Shown one piece after another: positions 49,716 to 64,000 of a stretch of DNA of 64,000 nucleotides. The stretch lies in NCBI RefSeq assembly GCF_009914755.1, contig NC_060928.1. One strand, given 5' to 3'. Both the position numbers and the translations under genes were made by a program. Origin of the DNA: the human T2T-CHM13v2.0 reference genome, Homo sapiens. Below the pieces are notes generated by a model. That model searched no databases, was not told the origin of the DNA, and was given only the letters and a program-made list of their open reading frames with translations. How positions within the stretch are numbered: the first letter of the stretch is position 1; every line of letters begins with the position of its first letter.

Positions 49716-52700
49716 TTCCATCTCAGGTATCAATGTCTTTGTCAGTATTCAATTAAGAATACAGAATTATTGCGAGCTGCATTGGAAATGAGAGGCTTAA
49801 TATAGGAATTAAAGCGATACAAATGTGGGAGGAACTGGAGAAGTGAGAAGCTGAAGGAACAGAGAAATAGCAAACATCTTAGCCCAAATTACTCATATGG
49901 GTGGGTAAGTGATCAGTAACAGCTTGTGGGAATGTCTGAGAAGGTAAGATCATCTGCTCATGAAAGTGAGATCATGAAGAAGGTGGTCATGGAGGCATCT
50001 GTGAAAATCACCACCGTCTGTGGAAGCTGCTGCCAAGTATGTGGTAGTAGTTTGGGGGCTGATTTTGGTTGGTGAAATCAGAAGCTGGATAAACTGGTTG
50101 CAGAATAGGAGGGGACTGGGGATCAAGTAGAACCCACCACTGCTCTCATGTCAGTATTCAAAAGAATATAAAACAGTCTACTCTTCTGTGTGTCTCTCTC
50201 CTATATAGTGTGCCTCTGTGTTACAGTCATGTTAGCATGAACATTCCTTTTTAGATTTACTAAGTTAACTTACATTTTATGTATTCAGTAAACTTAATGC
50301 ATTTCTCTTTTCCAGCCTCATTAATTCACTTTTCTCCATCTTCTTTTACCTAGTTCTCTCAATATTTTCATTCTATTGCCTTAGACACTGCACCCTGCAC
50401 TTCTGGGACAGCTCAATTTTCCCAAAATTTTGTCATAATTTTCTTTCAAATAAATTCTTACCTGACCTGCAGCCAATTCCACTAGGTCCTCTTTATTATA
50501 AATTAGATATTAATCAGTCAATAAATTGAAACTTCTATCAACTGAGTGACATTTTGGAGATCCTATGTCTTATAACATAAGGCTGATTTTAACATGAGTG
50601 GTACAGACACTGTTGGATGCTGGAGAAGATGTTTTGGTATAAGTAGGGCACTGGTCAATTCTTAAGTAATACAATGCATACAAGCCATGGACTCATAATT
50701 GGGTACATCTTCTGAAAAAATTAGGTTGTAATTTTTAAAAGTACATTTAGTAATTAAAATAATACTTTTAATAGGCTGTCACATCAGGGATTAACATCAA
50801 AGATAATTACTCCTTGTAGGGAAATGTTACAGGCTTGTACTGTGGTATAGCTGCAGACACATGAAATCATGGATGAAGCTGGCCATTACAGGATATCATG
50901 GCAAGAGAGTAGAAAACAAAAGAATGCTTCTTTTGGATATATCCCTTTTGAATTTTCAAAAGTGTGTTTTCTATGATGCAAAACACAGAATTGTGAATTT
51001 ATGACATACATATTTCAGATTGTGATATAAGAAACTTCTCTACTACCCAATTTAATGCATTTATTGCTGGTGGATATATCTGTTATTATGTTTCAACAAG
51101 GTACTCACATTTGTGGTGCATTTTTTATTCTCACTGCTAGTACTTGACTATTTGTAACAATATTAAATGATTAAGCTACAAAATTTCTTTAGCATTAATA
51201 AATTGTATTAGGAGTATGCATTTGGAAGAATAAATAGTAAAGAACCCAGAGGTATCAACAACATTCCAAATAGTAGAGCAGAGCCAAAACAAATACAGAT
51301 TTCCCCACGACAAATAATTTTATTCTTGTGTTTTGAAACTGCAAAACTTTGGTGAATTTGAACATATATGAGTACTTAGACTCAAAGTAACTGGATTTCA
51401 TTACTTTTCTCAATTCACACTTTAATATTTGTGCTTTCTGAATAGAGAGCTCTCTTAAAAACCTGCAAAGAATATGTTGCTCATTTAGGAGACATATTTA
51501 AGCAACATTTTAGGGGCAGCAGAAAAATTTTCAAATGTCAGACACTCAGTGGTACTTGTTGTAAAAGACAAGAAAAATTTTAGAGTAAATTTTATGTTGT
51601 TTGTTTTCAACGAATTTTGCCCAAGCATAAAACTATTTAAAAAATATCAAAAGATCTAGTATTAGGACATTAGAACACTGCTTTTATTAAAGTTTGCAGT
51701 GTAAGAGGGGTGGCAGAAGAGCTAATATTGAGTAGTTCTCATGCAGATAGATAACTGAAAAACATTATATATAAAATATTTAAAATTTTTTTAAATTATC
51801 ACTTTTGTGAAGCAAATCATACTGAGCCAGTCAGTGATTACATAAGTTAGGACTACTTTTTACATCAGACCAAAAAAATTTTAATCTTTTGTATTGACTT
51901 TTTTTTCTTGCAACAGTCCCCCTGCATATATTTGTACATACTTTATTTTGAAAAACACCATAAACTTAATACGATTCTGATATATTAAAACAATATAATT
52001 CTGATTATTAATGATATCTACAATGTGTAACAAGAGAAACAAGTTATTATCAGTTTTAACAGTATAAAAATATTGATCACAATTTGGACAATCCAATGTA
52101 TTACGTTTTAAGTATCTTTTTGTAACCAATTCATTGTATTCAAGACTACCTGTCATCCTTTCCCTTCCTGTCTCTTACTTTGCTTTTCTTCCCTTTCTTT
52201 TTCAACAACAGAGAGCCATTGTTCTGCTCACTTCGTGATTTGTTCTGTTGTTATAATCCATCAGCATGTCTGGTTCTATCAGCACCACTGAGAGTTTATG
52301 AGAAGTTGCATTGCCTTTGTAGTAAAGATTTTTCAGACAGCACTAGATAGACATCTTGTGACTGACTTTTAAGCACAAAACAAAATGAGTATTTTGTTTT
52401 TCTTGTTGGAGAGATTCTGTTAATATATAGTACATCTTTCAGTTGTCTTATGTGCCATTTTAAGTCTATGTTGGTACATCAGGCAATGCAGATACTCATT
52501 TTTTGGTTTTGGTTTGTTAACTTACAGTTGAAGCAAGCACATATAGGTTGGCTGAGTGTACTTATTTTCTCCGTGTTTCTAGTGTAGCTCCCCAAAGTAA
52601 ATTAATATTAACGAGGAAGAAAACATTATCAGGCTGGATTTGTGTTTAAGAATTAGTGGCAAAATCATAAAGAAAATATCTTTCTCATATTGCTTATGCA

Positions 52701-52834
52701 GAAAATGCTTAATTTTTCATTCAGTTCTTTCTAAGCCTCAGTAATTTCATAATAGCTTCCACTCCTCAAGGAAAATAAATTATAGAGTACAAAAGGGATT
52801 TCTTTCATATATGTGAGTACTAGCTTATTTGCTT

Positions 52835-53305
52835 ATGTAGAGGAGAAAAGATTTCTTTTCTTTACCCATCACTAGATTCATCGCTGTGGCCCTTATAACA
52901 TAAAGCAATTTAACAAGAGAGAAACATAAACATTTGTTTAATATTAGTTTTAAGTGACATAGGAGCCTTCACAAGGAAATGAAGACCAAAATAAACAGGT
53001 AAACCTGTGTGTTTTTTATGCTAAGTTTGATGAAAAAGTGAATAGTCGTGGAGAAGTATGATTGGATAAAAAGGTATGCTCTAATGACAATAAATAAAAT
53101 AAGACTTACTAGGATTCTTTCCTGTGTCCCTGTTCCTTCAAAGGTAAGGATGTTTCCTTTCTCTGGGTATAAGGAGGGGACTTCGCAATGAGGATCTTTT
53201 GACCTACTTCAGGGGAAAAGTGGGAGAGGTGAGAGTAAAATGCTTCTGCTGTTTTCTCAGATGCCAGTGTTTTGGGACAGCATATACTGAATCTGATCCC
53301 TGTCG
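52835..53305 (-). mobile_element. MER31-like LTR
   Basis: ttaacaagagagaaacataaa...cctgtgtccctgttccttc...gtgttttgggacagcat. Confidence 0.55.
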
Positions 53306-53570
53306 TAAATAAAAAGAGGGAAAAGATAAATTTAAAAAGGTGAAAAATGTAAAAATGGATAAAAATGAGAAAAACAATTACAGCACAAAAAATATTATTG
53401 GATAGCAATGCAAAGATGGAAATGAACTGCCTAAAGCCCAATTCATGCATGTCAATCCTTGCCATGTTCAAACTGTATAGGTTCATACTGTGAACCTACC
53501 AATGTCCTAGATCCTGAGTCTGAGTTACAGATTAGGTTTTTAATATCAAAGGGAAAAGCTGTCACATCTC

Positions 53571-54328
53571 TGAGAGACAGGACTAGCTGGATTTCCTAGG
53601 CTGAATAAGAATCCCTAAGCCTAGCTGGGAAGGTGACCGCATCCACCTTTAAACATGGCGCTTGCAACTTAGCTCACACCCGACCAATCAGGTAGTAAAG
53701 AGAGATCACTAAAATGCGAATTAGGCAAAAACAGGAGGTAAAGAAATAGCCAATCATCTATCACCTGAGAGCACAGAGGGAGGGACAATGGTCGGGATAT
53801 AAACCCAGGCATTCCAGCTGGCAATGGCAATCCCCTTTGGGTCCCCTCCCATTGCATGGGAGCTGTGTTTTCACTCTATTAAATCTTGGAACTGCACACT
53901 TTTCTGGTCCGTGTTTGTTAGGGCTCGAGCTGAGCTTTCGCTTGCTGTCCACCACTGCTGTTTGCTGCCGTCGCAGACCCGCAGCTGACTTCTACCCCTC
54001 CGGATCCAGCAGGGTGTCTGCTGCACTCCTGATCCAGTGAGGCGCACATTGCCACTCCCAATCGGGCTAAAGGCTTGCCATTGTTCCTGCACGGCTAAGT
54101 GCCCAGGTTTGTCATAATCAAGCAGAACACTAGTTGTGGGTTCCACAGTTCTCTTCCATGACCCATGGCTTCTAATAGAGCTGTAACACCCACCGCGTGG
54201 TCCAAGATTCCATTCCTTGGAATCCGTGAGGCCAACAACCCCAGCTCAGAGAACAAGAGGCTTGCCACCATCTTGGAAGCGGCCTGCCACCATCTTGGGA
54301 GTTCTAAGAACAAGGGACCCTAGTAACG
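53571..54328 (+). mobile_element. LTR17 (HERV-W) solo LTR
   Basis: tgagagacaggactagctggatttcctagg start, CCAAT boxes, gatataaa TATA, ATTAAA; TSD TCTC at 53567-53570 / 54329-54332. Confidence 0.95.
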
Positions 54329-55272
54329 TCTCCATCTAGTAAGTACCAGTGTATTTTGGCTCTAACAAACAATGACTAAACTGGTTGCTGGTCACAAATT
54401 GGACCTCCTTTGCCTCATTTGATTATAATTTAAGACTTCTGGTGAAATGATTTTGTTACTTATCAATTGGCTGATCTTTTGGTATAGGCTTAGAAGAAAA
54501 CAGAAAGCTATCCTGTGGCAAGCATTCTGAGATACTGTCAGACAGAGAGCTAAGGCTGGGGCAAAGTATCTCAAGACATTTAGGAAACAAAAGAGGAGTT
54601 TGTAGTTCCTGTAGTATATTGTTAGCTTTGGCAACAGATTACCATTTTATGATCTGTGTTAACATCTTTTATTCTTGAATTAAGGCATATTTTACCTATG
54701 CTTTATTATATTGCAAAGGTAATTTACAAATGTAATAATTAACTTTTTACTCAAAATTCAACTCAAAGCTTTAATAAGTTTCTCATTTTCAGAAGGATGG
54801 ATAGTATGATATGGACAAAAATATTAGAAGTTATGAAAGTAAATACTTGAATTTAGCTATTGTATTTTGAATCTTTGCTACATTTTTCCTCTGGAGCTCT
54901 AGGCCACCTCTAATCTTTTGGCTGACAGCATAGGGTAGGGAAATCAATCCAAGAAACAAGTTGCTATAATGTCTACAAGAACAAGCCAAAATACAGAAAG
55001 ATGACTTCTGTTCTTCAATCCAAAATCCCATTCCAAAGGTAATGCCAAGTTTGAACTAGTCAGGAAATATTAATGTGCAATTATTTGATTTATTCAAGCT
55101 GTTTGCAACTAAAACAGTAAGAGATTCCACAGGTGTTATCCAGAAACTTAAGAGCACACAGGCCCAATTTGACCCCTTTACTAAAAACACAGGTTCTTTC
55201 CTTACTGGTTTTAATCATTGTCTGAAGACGAGCTGGAGTGTACTGATTTTCAGTGAAGGCATTCTGGGTACC

Positions 55273-57546
55273 TGATATGGTTTGGTTCTGTGTCCCCACC
55301 CAAATCTCATCTTGAATTGTATTCCCATAATTCCCATGTGTTGTTGGGGGGACCTGGTGGGAGATAATTTTAATAGTGGAGGTGGTTTCCCCCATACTGT
55401 TCTCATTGTAGTGATTAAGTCTCATGAGATCTGATGGTTGTATCAGGGGTCTCCCCTTTGTCATCTTCTCATTTTCTCTTGCCACCACCATGTAAGAAGT
55501 GTCTTTCACCTCCCACCATGATTCTAAGGTCTCCCCAACCATGTGGAACTGTAAGTCCAAGCAAACCTCTTTTCATTCCCAGTCTCAAGTATATCTTTAT
55601 CAGTAGCATGAAAACAGACTAATACAGTAAATTGGTGCCAGTAGAGTGGGGTGCTGCTGAAAAGATCACCAAAAATATGGAAGTGACTTTGGAACTAGGT
55701 AACCGGCAGAGGTTGGAACAGAGTGGAGGGCTCGGAAGAAGACAGGAAAATGTGGGAAAGTTTGGAACCTCCTAGAGACTTGTTGAAGGGCTTTGACAAA
55801 AATGATGATAGTGATTAGAACAATAATGTCCAGGCTGAGGTGGTCTCAGACGGAGATGAGGAGCTTGTTGGGAACTGGAGCAAAGATGGTTCTTGTTATA
55901 TTTTAGCAAAGAGACTGGCAGCATTTTGCCCCTGCCCTAGAGATTTGTGAAACTTTGAACTTGAGAGAGATGTTTTAAGGTATCTGGCAGGAGAAATTTT
56001 TAAGCAGCAAACCATTAAAAGGTGACTTGGGTGCTGTTAAAAGCACTCCATTTTAAAATGGAAACAGAGCATAAAAGTTCAGAAAATTTGAAGCCTGACA
56101 ATGTGATAGAAAATAAAATCCCATTTTCTGAGGCAAAATTACAGCTGGCTGCAGAAATTTGCATAGGTAATGAGGAGCCAAATGTTAGCCTCGAAGTCAA
56201 AGGGAAAAATGTCTCCAGAGCATGTCAGAGGTCTTCACGGAAGCATTTCCCATGACAGGACCGGAGGTCTAGGAGGAAAAAGTGGTTTTGGGGGCTGGGC
56301 TCAGGGTCCCTGAGCTGTGTGCAGCCTAAGGACTTGATGCCTTGCTGCTCCAGTTGTGGCTGAAAGGGGCCAACCTAGAGCTTGGGCTGTGGCTTCAGAG
56401 GGTAGAAGCCCCAAGACTTGGCAGCTTCCACATGGTGTTGAGCCTGTGGGTGCACAAAAGTCAAGAACTGAGGTTTCAGGACTTCTGCCTAGGTTTCAGA
56501 AGATGTATAGAAATGCCTGAATGTCCAGGTAGAAGTTTGCTGCAGGGGCGGGGCTCTCATGGAGAACCTCTGCTGGGGCAGTGCAGAAAGGAAATGTGGA
56601 GTGGGAGCCTCCAGAGTCCCTACTGGGGCACCGGCTAGTGGAGCCGTGAGAAGAGAACCATCACACTCCAGATCCTAGAATGGTAGATCCACTGACAGCT
56701 TTCACCATGTGCCTGGAAAAGCCACAAACACTCAATGTCAGCCCATGAAAACAGCCAGGAGGGAGGCTATATCCTGAAAAGCCACAGCAGGGGGAGCTAC
56801 CCAAGACCAAGAGAACCCACCTCTTGCATCAACGTGACCTAGATGTGAGATCTAGACTCAAACGAGATCATTTAGGAGCTTTAAAATTTGACTGCCTTGC
56901 TGGAGTTCAGACTTGCATGGGCCCTGTAACCCCTTTGTTTTGGCCAGTTTCTCCCATTCAGAGTTGCTATATTTACCCAATACCTGTACCTCTACTGTAT
57001 CTAGGAAGTGACTAGCTTGCTTTTGATCTTACAGTCTCATAGGTGGAAGGGACTTGCCTTGTCTCAGATGAGACTTTGGACTATGCCCTTTTGGGTTAAT
57101 GCTGAAATGAGTTAAGACTTTTGGAGACTGTTGGGAAGGCATGATTGGTTTTGAAATGTGAAGACATAAGATTTGGAGGGACCAGGGGTGGAATGATATA
57201 GTTTGGCTCTGTGTCCCCACCCAAATCTCATCTTGAGTTGTACTCCCATAATTTCCATGTGTTGTGGGAGGGACTTGGTGGGAGATAATTTAAATGATGG
57301 GGGCAGTTTCCCCATACTGTCCTCATGGTAGTGAATATGTCTCATGAGGTCTGATGGTTTTATCAGGGGTTTCCACTTTTTCATCTTCTCATTTTCTCTT
57401 GCTGCCGCCATGTAAGAAGTGCCTTTTGCCTCCCACCATGATTCTGAAGCCTCCTCAGCCATGTGGAACTATAAGCCCAATTAAACCTCTTTTTCTTCCC
57501 AGTCTCGAGTATGTCTTTATCAGCAGCATGAAAATGAACTAATACA
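55273..57546 (+). mobile_element. Complete THE1A-like element: LTR 55273-55626, internal, LTR 57194-57546
   Basis: Paired LTRs, THE1-int, perfect TSD GTACC at 55268-55272 / 57547-57551. Confidence 0.95.
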
Positions 57547-57878
57547 GTACCTAAGGAGATATTGATCCCCTTAAGCCACAAAAAGGTTGTGCAAGGCCTG
57601 GGGATCCAGTGAGCCTGGGCCAATTGCCCAGCCTGTCCATTTATGCCAGTGTGCCATGTTTCTTACCCTATTTGTGCTGCTATAACTGAATGCCTGAGAT
57701 TGGGGAATTTATAAAAATTAGGAATTTTTTAACACAGCTCTGGAGGCTGGGAGGTCCAAGATCTAGGTATTGGTATCTGATGAAGACCTCTAGCTACACT
57801 TTCACATGGCAGAAAGTAGGAGGACAAAAAGGGGATGACTGTTCTGTCCTCACATGGCAGAAAAGCAGAAGAGACTGA

Positions 57879-58932
<1,054 letters not shown>

Positions 58933-60138
58933 AATGGCATTAATTTATTCATGAGGATGCAGCACTCATGACATGACCACTTCCTGAAAGGCCCCTCCCC
59001 CCAATACTGCTGCAATGATAATTAAGTTTTTAACACCTGAATTTTGGAGGGGGGACACATTGAAACCATAGCACCATGACAAAAATATTTTCTATGTATA
59101 CCACACATGCATTTTCTGTATGTGCCATGACATAAAGAAATCTCAAAGGCCTTTTATTCCCAGATAGCCTTTCTTTTAAGGTGAAACTAGCTAGGCACAG
59201 TTTTCACTTGAGTCATAATTACCTTATTTACATGTAATATTTCTCATTATAATATAATTCCTATAAGATGGGGGAGAAATTTGTTACTGATTCACCAACA
59301 AACTGTGATTGTGCTGTTTAGTTTGAAAACCCTATTTCTTTTTTATACAAGAGCTGTGTTCTTTTTCCCTCACTTATGCATTCTAAAGAAAGTAAAATGT
59401 GATAGAATTCCGTTTCCTTTACTATTCTCCTTGTTCCTATACAAAGGTCACACTGATGCTAACACTCTTTTCTAAATTTGCTAATCTAACCTACTTTTTA
59501 TCTACCCACGGTACTCGATATTTTTCTCTTCTCCGATGTAAGAAGTTATCATCTCACCAATATTGCTAACTCAATACTACACTATTTTGTTTTTATCCAT
59601 AGATCAATAGAAATGGCTTCCCCTCCCTTATCTCTGGTTAATGCCAAAGGCTTTTAAATAACAGAATAACATTTTGGATTTTCTATCCTGATATTTTGGG
59701 GAAAATAGATGCTGCCCATTGTTGGGTACTTATAATATTGCAGCTATTTTTGGAATCACCTGAATTTGCTGTGAAAGTTGGCTACTTTTTGCTGTTTCTA
59801 GAAACCTCATATCAGCAATAATAAAGTTCAGTAATACACAAAAGTACAAAGCTAGCTTTTTTTCAGTTTGAATCTTCTCTACCCAAATAGCTTTGTTGCA
59901 CATAGCTATAAGTATAGTTTTCATAAAAATGAAAATCACCCTGTATTGATTATACATAGTCATTCTCCCTGCCTATTTCATGTAAGCTTCCACCTCAAGA
60001 TCCTTGAAACTTTTCTTAGCCAGACAGAAACACTTGGAATATCCCTTTTTCTCTTTGAACTATGAGAATTATCCAGCAAGTTTCTATCAGAATTATTATT
60101 AAAACATTATTTTGGCAGAAAAAAATTGAACTTGAATA

Positions 60139-60475
60139 TGTAAAGAAAAACTTAAATTGGGACACCTTTAGTCAATGCCAGTGCTTTAAGTTTCTGCATA
60201 AGCAAATGAACATCTAACATAAACAGTAAAATGAAACTAGAGACTTCTCTAATCAGAAACTGCTAACCTACCTCTATAAACTTTCCACTCTAACCAATAA
60301 CATTTATTTTCTTTGCCTTCCTTTCTTGTTTAGCCTGTACAAATTTGCTAACTCTGCTGCTGCAGCAGAGCTCTCTGAACCTCTTCTGGTTCTGAGTGAT
60401 CCCTGGTTCATAAATTGCTCTTTGCTCAAATAAACTTCATTAAATTTATTTTGTCTAAAGTCTTTCTTTTAATGA
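60139..60475 (+). mobile_element. MER4-group ERV1 LTR, family uncertain
   Basis: gagctctctgaacctcttctggttctgag...tttgctcaaataaac LTR 3' end. Confidence 0.55.
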
Positions 60476-60683
60476 ATACCAGTGGGGTAGTTCCAAACAT
60501 TAGCTGAACATAATAAGACAGGAAGGGACATGTTCAGTGTGGTTGAAAAACGCTTCAGAGATTTGGAAGATCCCTGGAAATTTCATATCATCCTAGTGGC
60601 CACATTTATGAGTAAGCAGGAAGTAAACTACTGATATGTGCTCCATGCATGCTAGCTGAGGTGCTAATGGTCCACAGTTAAAT

Positions 60684-61551
60684 TGTAACTGCAGAAGAAA
60701 AGATTCAAACTCTGTAAAATATTTGAAGGCATTTATTCTGACCCAAATGTGAGTGGCCATGCCCATGAAACAGCCCCAGGAGATCGTGAGAACATGTGCC
60801 CAAAGTGCTCAGGCTGCAGCTTGGTTTTATACATTTTAGGGAGATAGAAGACATCAAGCAATACATGTAAGATGTACATTAGTTTGGTCAGGAGAGGTGG
60901 GACAACTCAACGTGGAGGAAGGGGGTTCCAGGGCCTATGTGGATTCAAAGATTTTCTGATTGGCAATTTGTTGATAGAGTTTATCTAAAGACCTCGAATC
61001 AATAGAAGGGAGTGTTTGGATTAAGATAAGGGGTTGTGGAGACCAAGGTTCTTATTATGCAGATGAAGCCTCCAGGTAGCAGCTTTCAAACAGAATAGTT
61101 TATAAATGTTTCTTATCAGACTTAAAAAGGTGCCAGACCCTTAGTTAATTCTCTCTTGGATCAGGAAAAAGACCTGGAAAAGGAAAGAAATTCTCTATAG
61201 AATGTACATTTTTTTCCACAAAACACAGCTTTGCAGGGACATTTCAAAACATGTCAAAGAAATATATTTCTGTTGTAAAATACTTTATTTCAGAGCCTGC
61301 TATCTTGTCACACTGGTGTCTTATTGCTAAAAAGAGTCTGTTTTCTCAGTCTTAAGTTCTCTGTTTTAATGTTAATACTGATCAGTTGTGCTTGAATTCC
61401 AAAGGGAGAAAGGTATAATGAGGCATGTTTGACCACCCATTCCCATCATGGCCTGAACTAGCGTTTCAAGTTTACTTTAGAATGCCCTTGGCTGAGAGGA
61501 GGGGTCCATTCAGTTAGTTGGGGGGCTTAAAATTTTATTTTTGGTTTCTAT
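60684..61551 (-). mobile_element. MER4 (D/E-like) LTR
   Basis: gagaacatgtgcccaaagtg...cagcttggttttatacattttaggg...ggggcttaaaattttatttttggttt. Confidence 0.85.
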
Positions 61552-61664
61552 AATAGAACCACTGTGGTCAGAAAATATAGCATGCCAACAAAATGTGATA
61601 TTCTCAATACGAACACCTCTATAATATATATGTATCAAAGCAATACTATTATATATTGCTTTAA

Positions 61665-62225
61665 GTAAACTAGTTCAACCATTGTGGAAGACAGTGTGGA
61701 GATTCCTCAAGGATCTAGAAAAAGAAATACCATTTGACCCAGCCATCCCATTACTGCGGATATACCCAAAGGATTATAAATCATGCTGCTATAAAGACAC
61801 ATGCACACATATGTTTATTGTGGCACTATTCACAATAGCAAAGACTTGGAACCAACCCAAAGGTCCATCAATGATAGACTGGATTAAGAAAATGTTCATG
61901 TCCTTTGTAGGGACATGGATGAAGCTGGAAAACATCATTATCAGCGAACTATTGGAAGGACAGAAAACCAAACACCACATGTTCTTATTCATAGGTGGGA
62001 ATTGAACAATGAGAACACTTGGACACAGAGTGGGGAACATCACACACCGGGGCCTGTCATGGGGTGGGGGGAGTGGGGAGGGGTAGCATTAGGAGATACG
62101 CCTAATGTAAATGACGAGTTAATGGGGGCAGCACACCAACATGGCACAGGTATACATATGTAATAAACCTGCACATTGCGCACATGTACCCTAGAACTTA
62201 AAGTATAATAATAATAAAAAAAGAA
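61665..62225 (+). mobile_element. 5'-truncated L1PA 3' end with ~50-nt internal deletion
   Basis: ORF2 C-terminus (WKTVWRFLKDLEKEIPFDPAIPLL), gaaaatg|ttcatgtcc junction, G-rich 3'UTR, A tail. Confidence 0.93.
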
Positions 62226-63761
62226 GTATTATATTTTACTCAAAGGAATCACCTTAAAGAAGTAGAATTAGAGAAAGTTATCTGTTGCCAAATACTCTCC
62301 ACATGTAATTTAAAAGTTTTGAATTCTTCAGGACCTATACCACTCCAACTATTCCACCTATGAAATTTTGTTTTTGGTTAACCACATTCAGATTATTATA
62401 AAAAAATAAAATGAGGCCACAGGTAAAAAAATGTTCACATGAAGGTGAAGATACAGCATATATGAATCTTGAATAGACCACAGGAGTCAGAAGTAAATCT
62501 TAAACACTCATGACACATGTTTGACAATTACTAATAAAAACAGAAATTTCCACCAAAAAGAATGATTGTACTATATCATATTTATTATTATTAATTCACA
62601 ATTACTGTTTTATTCTTCTGTCTTTCATAAGCATGGACTGTCTGTGGTATGGACTTAAGTGGAGATTGTGAGCCAGTTTGGTCCTTTAAGGAAATTAACT
62701 CTAATGAGGTAGTATAGTAGTATAGGTTAAAACAAAACAAAACAAAACAAAAAAACACTAAGTGCAAGATAGTACTTAGAGGCTACCATAGTTTTAAGGG
62801 TTTAAAGATGTTAGCAAAAGCAGTTGTAGTTGGAGAAGTCTTCTAGGAAATTAAAAGACTTGTTTGGATCCTCAAAGAATGGAGAAAACATTCCCAAACA
62901 GAGAGGAGGTGGAGAGAGCACTGCAGGACGGGGGCAGCCTTCTAGGAACAACAAAGAACTAGGAATGTGTGCTGAATAGCTGAGTTTGGCTTCAGCAACT
63001 GATTTCTGATGGCAAACAGCTGGTGAGAAGATGGGACAGGCGGGCTGGAGCAAGAAGGCAAAGTGTGCCCACACTCCAGGTGGCTGCTCAAAGAACACTT
63101 AATGCTGCCTCTCTCTCCTACAATGCCTGTCTGATGGAGCAGGTGGTACCAGGTACAGTTTGGTGAAAATTTATAATTTTTAATATTGTTTTGTTTGTAA
63201 ATTCATTTGGTGGAATTTAAGTTCTATAGAGGAAGTTTATCTGTGCTTTTTCTTTTTTAAAAAAACTTTGGTTTCTGCCTGGGACTTTGTTTCTATGAAA
63301 ATCCTCCAGAGCTATCTGGAATATGGGTTTCTCTCCCTTTAACACATACATAGGAAAAACAGAAGCCTTCTTCAAAAGCTCTCTCTGTTCCTGAGGACCT
63401 ATCTTGTTTCCATGACAACCAACTTTTTACCCTCCAAGAACCCTCTCAGTGCCCCCTGGAGGTCTCAGAAGCACCACTGTGTGTTGGCATGTATTTTCTA
63501 ACTACAACAAATCACTTTGGTCTGTGGCCATTAGGATGTAATTGCTACAAAGTGTGTTGATGAATGATCTAAAATTGACTAGGTTCTTCAACTTTAGAGC
63601 CATTGATTCTTGCCAAACATTATGCCGACCCTTTGGCTAGACAGAATACCTGTCAATTCTGGAAACAACTTCACAGAGTTTGTGGGTTTGCATTGGATGC
63701 AACATAAAATCAAATGATATGACACTGTATTACCAGGCACTAGTGATAGGTCTTGCCAAAA

Positions 63762-63885
63762 AAGAAAGGAAGGAAGGATGGAAGGAAGGATGGAAGGATG
63801 GAAGGACAGAAGGATGGAAGGATGGAAGTACGGAAGGATGGAAGGAAGGATGGAAGGAAGGAAGGAAGGAAGGGAGGAAAGAAAG
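63762..63885. repeat. Compound (GGAA/GGAT)n microsatellite
   Basis: Repeated ggaaggaaggat units ending in a short pure GGAA run. Confidence 0.95.
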
Positions 63886-64000
63886 ATTTTTTGTTGCATT
63901 AAGCAATAAGGGTATCATAGGTAACCTTTTTCTAAAGCAATTTAGGTTGAGTGTGTTAGCAAAGACAACTAACAATGGATAGATAAGTGAATGTAATATA

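Noticed and set aside
61682-62005. 107-aa ORF with L1 ORF2 C-terminal motifs
   Set aside because: Fragment of a truncated, internally deleted L1; not a gene.

Overview
This is primate, most likely human or great-ape, genomic DNA: AT-rich, repeat-dominated, with no intact protein-coding gene I can support. Two processed pseudogenes are recognisable. One is a full-length HMGN1 retrocopy (+, 41878-43104, 17-bp TSD, premature stop); the other is a 5'-truncated CCDC65/DRC2 retrocopy (-, ~20770-21737). The rest is a dense, often nested set of mobile elements: Alu (J/S/Y), L1, L2/MIR, Tigger3/Tigger4, two complete THE1 elements, and solo LTRs (LTR12C, MER41, MER61, LTR7, two LTR17, MER4, MLT1). Most notable observations: (1) an LTR12C with an apparently mutated poly(A) signal points at the same-strand CCDC65 retrocopy 0.8 kb away, next to a GAS-bearing MER41; (2) a ~97%-identical inverted templated copy of a neighbouring Tigger4 segment with serial junction duplications; (3) a THE1 element whose two LTRs share one microhomology deletion; (4) two independent convergent HERV-W LTR17s; (5) both retrocopies may preserve ancestral parent-gene states. 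Subfamily names come from remembered consensus sequences and need RepeatMasker/Dfam confirmation. I see no evidence for a new protein-coding system; the candidate novelty is regulatory and mutational.
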